Of a DNA stretch of 64,000 nt, positions 60,472 to 64,000 are shown one piece after another. Where the stretch lies: assembly GCA_009103225.1 (NCBI GenBank), contig RHPI01001517.1, positions 322,505 through 386,504 on the forward strand. Direction: 5' to 3'. This DNA is from Chlorokybus atmophyticus (lineage: Eukaryota > Plantae > Mesostigma and Chlorokybus algae). The notes under the pieces are model-generated. The model saw only the letters and a list, made by a program, of their open reading frames with translations, did not search any database and was not told the DNA's origin. Within the stretch, counting starts at the first letter, position 1. Each line of letters opens with the position of its first letter. The position numbers and the translations under genes were made by a program.

Positions 60472-61318
60472 GGTGAGCACTCTGAATCACTGGCATATCA
60501 AAAATGCGGTAGCCTCAAACTATTGGCACGCAGACGCGCTGCAGTGGATAGTGGCTTTAAATGCCACTAAGACATGCCTGTAAACTACGCCGGCGGAGCG
60601 CATTTAAAAGAGAAAGGATGGACACCCTTTCATAGCTGCCAGCATCAACACACATGAAGAATACCTTAACGAAATCAACACCATGATCATGTCAACGAAG
60701 CGAGAGATGAGGCAACGGTACGCAGCCCTCCAGCCATTCACCCTTGTGAAACGCCGCACTGCATCTTGTATCGAATACCTACAAATATCCCAACCGGCGC
60801 CGGCCGTAAGAGACATCAGCTCGTGATCCGCTCGCTTAAGCAGAAGCGGCATTTGATTGGTTGGCGCAACTGCTTGAGGAGGAGGAAGAGCAAGCTCCGG
60901 CATCTCCTCTACGTTCCCCAGCGCGTGGTGCTTTAATTCATCAATGACGGGTTCATGAAGGCGATGATGGAGAGGAGCTGGTAGTGTACACAGCTGCAAG
61001 GCTTTTGTAACTTAGTGTCGTGCATTTAGCACCAGCTCAGTCAATCGTTATTACAATTATGCATGTAACAACTTGCATCCCTATGATATACAACAGAACT
61101 GCAGGCAACGCAAGTAACATAATCGAATTACAAGCCTTGGCAAGTGACTGAGAGACACTGTACACACCTCAGGTACCTGTACACAGCACATGCACATAGC
61201 AATGCTGACAATCGGTGACGGTTGCGTGTAGGCATGCATTGCAAATACATGTAACGATAATTAGGCGTTAGTCACCTTCAGTTGGTTAAATTGCCTTACC
61301 ACATGGGAACTGCAGCCC

Positions 61319-61860
61319 GTGCCAGTACTGGCACAAACCGTTTGTGCCAGTACTGGCACCTGCTTTTCGGGGCTAGACCCGAAAAGCCCCGGAACTGGCA
61401 CAAAACGGCTTGTGCCAGCAATGGATGCTAACTTACCTACTGGTAAGTGGCACAAGCCGTCCATAACCAGCACTGAAATGACTTAATAGTTAACAATACT
61501 AGCACAAAGCCCTTACTGCCGACACTGGCATTAAGGCTTTCCATGCCTGCTCTGGCAAGAACAGTTTAAGACCAGAACTGGCACAACAGCCTTGTAGCCG
61601 GTGCTGGAATTTGAAGATTATGTCCATTACTGCAATAGACAACTTGCTGCCAGTGCCGTTTCTGATGCTTTCATGCCAGCACTGGCAAAGAACCCATTGT
61701 GCCAAGGCTAGATCCTTGAATTTCCTGCCATTACTGGCACAAATAGTTTTAGAACCAGTAATGACAAAAAAAGCGTCGTGCCATTCACGGAGGCCTATCA
61801 GCAGAGAAAATGTGATACTGGCACAATGTATTCAACAAAAGTCATGCACTGATCTAATGA
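61319..61860. repeat. Cluster of nested palindromes and ACTGGCAC motifs
   Basis: 41-bp palindrome at 61319-61359; hairpin 61363-61386; CTGGCA(C)/(G)TGCCAG recurring in both orientations. Confidence 0.85.
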
Positions 61861-62327
61861 AACCAGTGCCATACAGCACAGCTATAGCTTTCCTATCAAA
61901 AGCCCTACGAAGTAGCTACAAAAAGCCCATGAAGAAAGTCTTCTGGTCTTCAGCTGTCCAGTCCCCGCAGCCAGCAGGCCCGCTTGGCCCAGCCCGCTAG
62001 CCCAGGTATTAGCCCGCTAGCCCGCTAGACCCTGCAAGTCTCAACCCTGACCGTGCGGAAAACCCTTCCAGTAGACCCTGCAAAGGCCCTGCCTTAAAGC
62101 CTCCTAACCCCAAACAGACCCTGGAAAGTCTCCACCTTAAACCCTTCAAGCCCCAACCCAGACCCTGCCAAGACGCAAACCCTTTGGACCCATACCCAGT
62201 AGCTATAGTGTTCTCCAGTCCAGCTACTCCCATTCACCCTGCAACACCGCAAAAGCCCCTTATGTCTTTGATGAGTAAAATGCGTATTGCACACTCAAAC
62301 AATGTTTGTTTCCAAACGAGCCTACCT

Positions 62328-63776
62328 TCAAGCTCTTGACAACGATGCTCGATGCCTCTTTCTCGGAGACTGCCAGATCATGCTATGCGGCGCCTCCATG
62401 GAATGCTCCACCACCAGCCACTTGCGCGATGTCGCAAACTTTACCAATATGAGAGCAATCTGCTGGTTGGTGAACTTGGCAAGGCAGTGCTCCTCCCTTG
62501 GCAAGGTTGTGATCTGGTTGCCATACACACTCCTCCAGGCCCTGTAGACCTCAAGCATTTTTTCTCTCGTAGGTGTGTCACCGTCTCTATCTCCACAGCA
62601 CATTCCAGCCCAATTCAACAACAAAGGATTCTCGGACCAATCCTGCAAGCAGACTTGTGTTTAAACCCAGCACAACGCAACAATACACAGAAGGCTAATC
62701 AAGCGCAGCAAGACCCAGCAAAACCAGTCAAGCCTAGCCAATCTTGCAGGTAAACTTTTGTTAAACCCAGCACAACCCAGCAACAACAACACCGAGAAGA
62801 CCAGTCAAGCGCAGCAAGACCCAATATAAACCAGTTAAGCCTAGTCAAACTCAGCAAGACACAGGTAGAAAACTTAGCCTAGAGTTTACCTTGTCCCGAG
62901 TCTGCGCTTGCGGCCGTCGCGTATCCTGAAGCTGAGATTGGAAGCACATCGACCCTGTCCCCGCACCTTCGCCTTCATGACAGCTGTTGCATTGGCAAGG
63001 CCATGTCTCTGCAACCAGAGATGCTGGCCAAGCTATCGTACGACCCTGCGCAAGCACCACCAGTCACTCACATCTTGCACGCTGTTTAAACTTGCCTCAT
63101 ACATCCTCAGACAGGCTAAGTGCTGCACAGACTCACCTCAATGGTGTGCACCAGCGATTCCTCGTTTACAACCTTGCCGGCATACCCATCCGTCTCACGT
63201 ACCGGCATAAACAGCTGTCCGTATTCATTCTCCCCTACACATACTTCAAACCACTCTGTGATCTTGACTTTATAGCTCCGCCATGGAACTTCCTCGTCAA
63301 AGATCTCCAGCACATCGCCCCTCCCCACCGGGTACATGTACGGCTAGTCTTGATCTTCGTAGCGCCCATTAATCCTGCATATAATCAATTGCATCCCCAA
63401 GTGCAAACGAACACAAGCATTAATACTTGCACACATTTAAGTCAGTAGGTGACCCAAGACATAGACCTGCTGACCTAAACTTACGAGTGTTTGCGCCAAT
63501 GATCTGTCAGCATGTCTTCGGTGGGTGGTTGTGGTGTTACCAAGGCCAGTAATACAGCGTTGACGCCAGCTTCGCAGTCCACCAAGGTGAACTCAGGTCC
63601 TAGAGCGGTGATGGTGCTGGACATGCGTCGGGTGTTACGGTGACCACCGTTTTCAGCTGTTGCCTGCGCACGCTTCTCCTGCTGTTCTTTTTTGCGGTCT
63701 TCTTGGGTCTTTCCCTTTCCTCGAGTCCCTCTCCGCACCGTATTAGACAACTCGGTGATCTGTTCCTTTATGTATT
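62328..63776 (-). pseudogene. Spliced gene (exons 63776-63485, 63374-63137, 63045-62890, 62642-62328), possibly a CACTA TnpA-like accessory protein
   Basis: Three GT-AG introns with compatible phases (2,0,0); one in-frame TAG at 63344-63346; motif YKVKI...LFMP...GRTIAWPASLV. Confidence 0.6.
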
Positions 63777-64000
63777 CTGTCAAAGCACAGAACTTCAACT
63801 CACAAGATCAGCTTACAGCTCAGCAAGAGGCCAGCGACACCAGCAACTTCAACAAGACACGCCCAGCACACCAGACCCAGCAGACTCAGCAAATCCGGCA
63901 ATCCCAATAGACTCAGCAATTCCAGCAGACCCAGCATACCATCAGCTAGACCAACAATTACAAGTCACATGGAGAAGCTTTTAACTGGAGAGTTAAAGCA

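Noticed and set aside
30211-63346. TAA/TAG reassigned to Gln, as in some ulvophytes
   Set aside because: In-frame stops align to both Gln and Trp and include TGA (YR GR*K, chromodomain ST*EP, copia-4). They fit C-to-T/G-to-A decay, and ORFs end normally in TAA/TAG.

Overview
Eukaryotic nuclear DNA, almost certainly heterochromatic, made mostly of nested retrotransposons. The element mix (chromodomain Ty3/gypsy, half-tRNA-primed Osser-like Ty1/copia, DIRS-type tyrosine-recombinase elements, GT-AG introns) suggests a green alga; this is an inference. I resolved, with LTR pairs and target-site duplications (TSDs), three chromoviruses (711-7694, 16434-33340, 18321-24360), one near-intact copia (26575-31307), three gag-only copia elements of two families, a degenerate copia, a solo LTR and a 512-bp TRIM. 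Most sit inside DIRS copies (one reconstructable copy at 14948-38924, one truncated at 46561-54484, plus several terminal fragments). Most interesting: (1) a TRIM that assembles a tRNA-type RNA polymerase III promoter across its 5'LTR/internal junction; (2) a DIRS family combining ITR+ICR termini with an extra direct repeat; (3) an AAA-TAG-GA gag/pol junction shared by two chromovirus families, one also carrying a degenerate adenine-methyltransferase-like segment before the protease; (4) a canonical 34-nt group II intron domain V in an AT-rich insert; (5) two gag-only copia families. The last 5 kb holds spliced genes or pseudogenes of unknown function and a nested-palindrome cluster. No rRNA, complete tRNA gene or CRISPR array was found. 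All alignments are by eye; no database searches were run.
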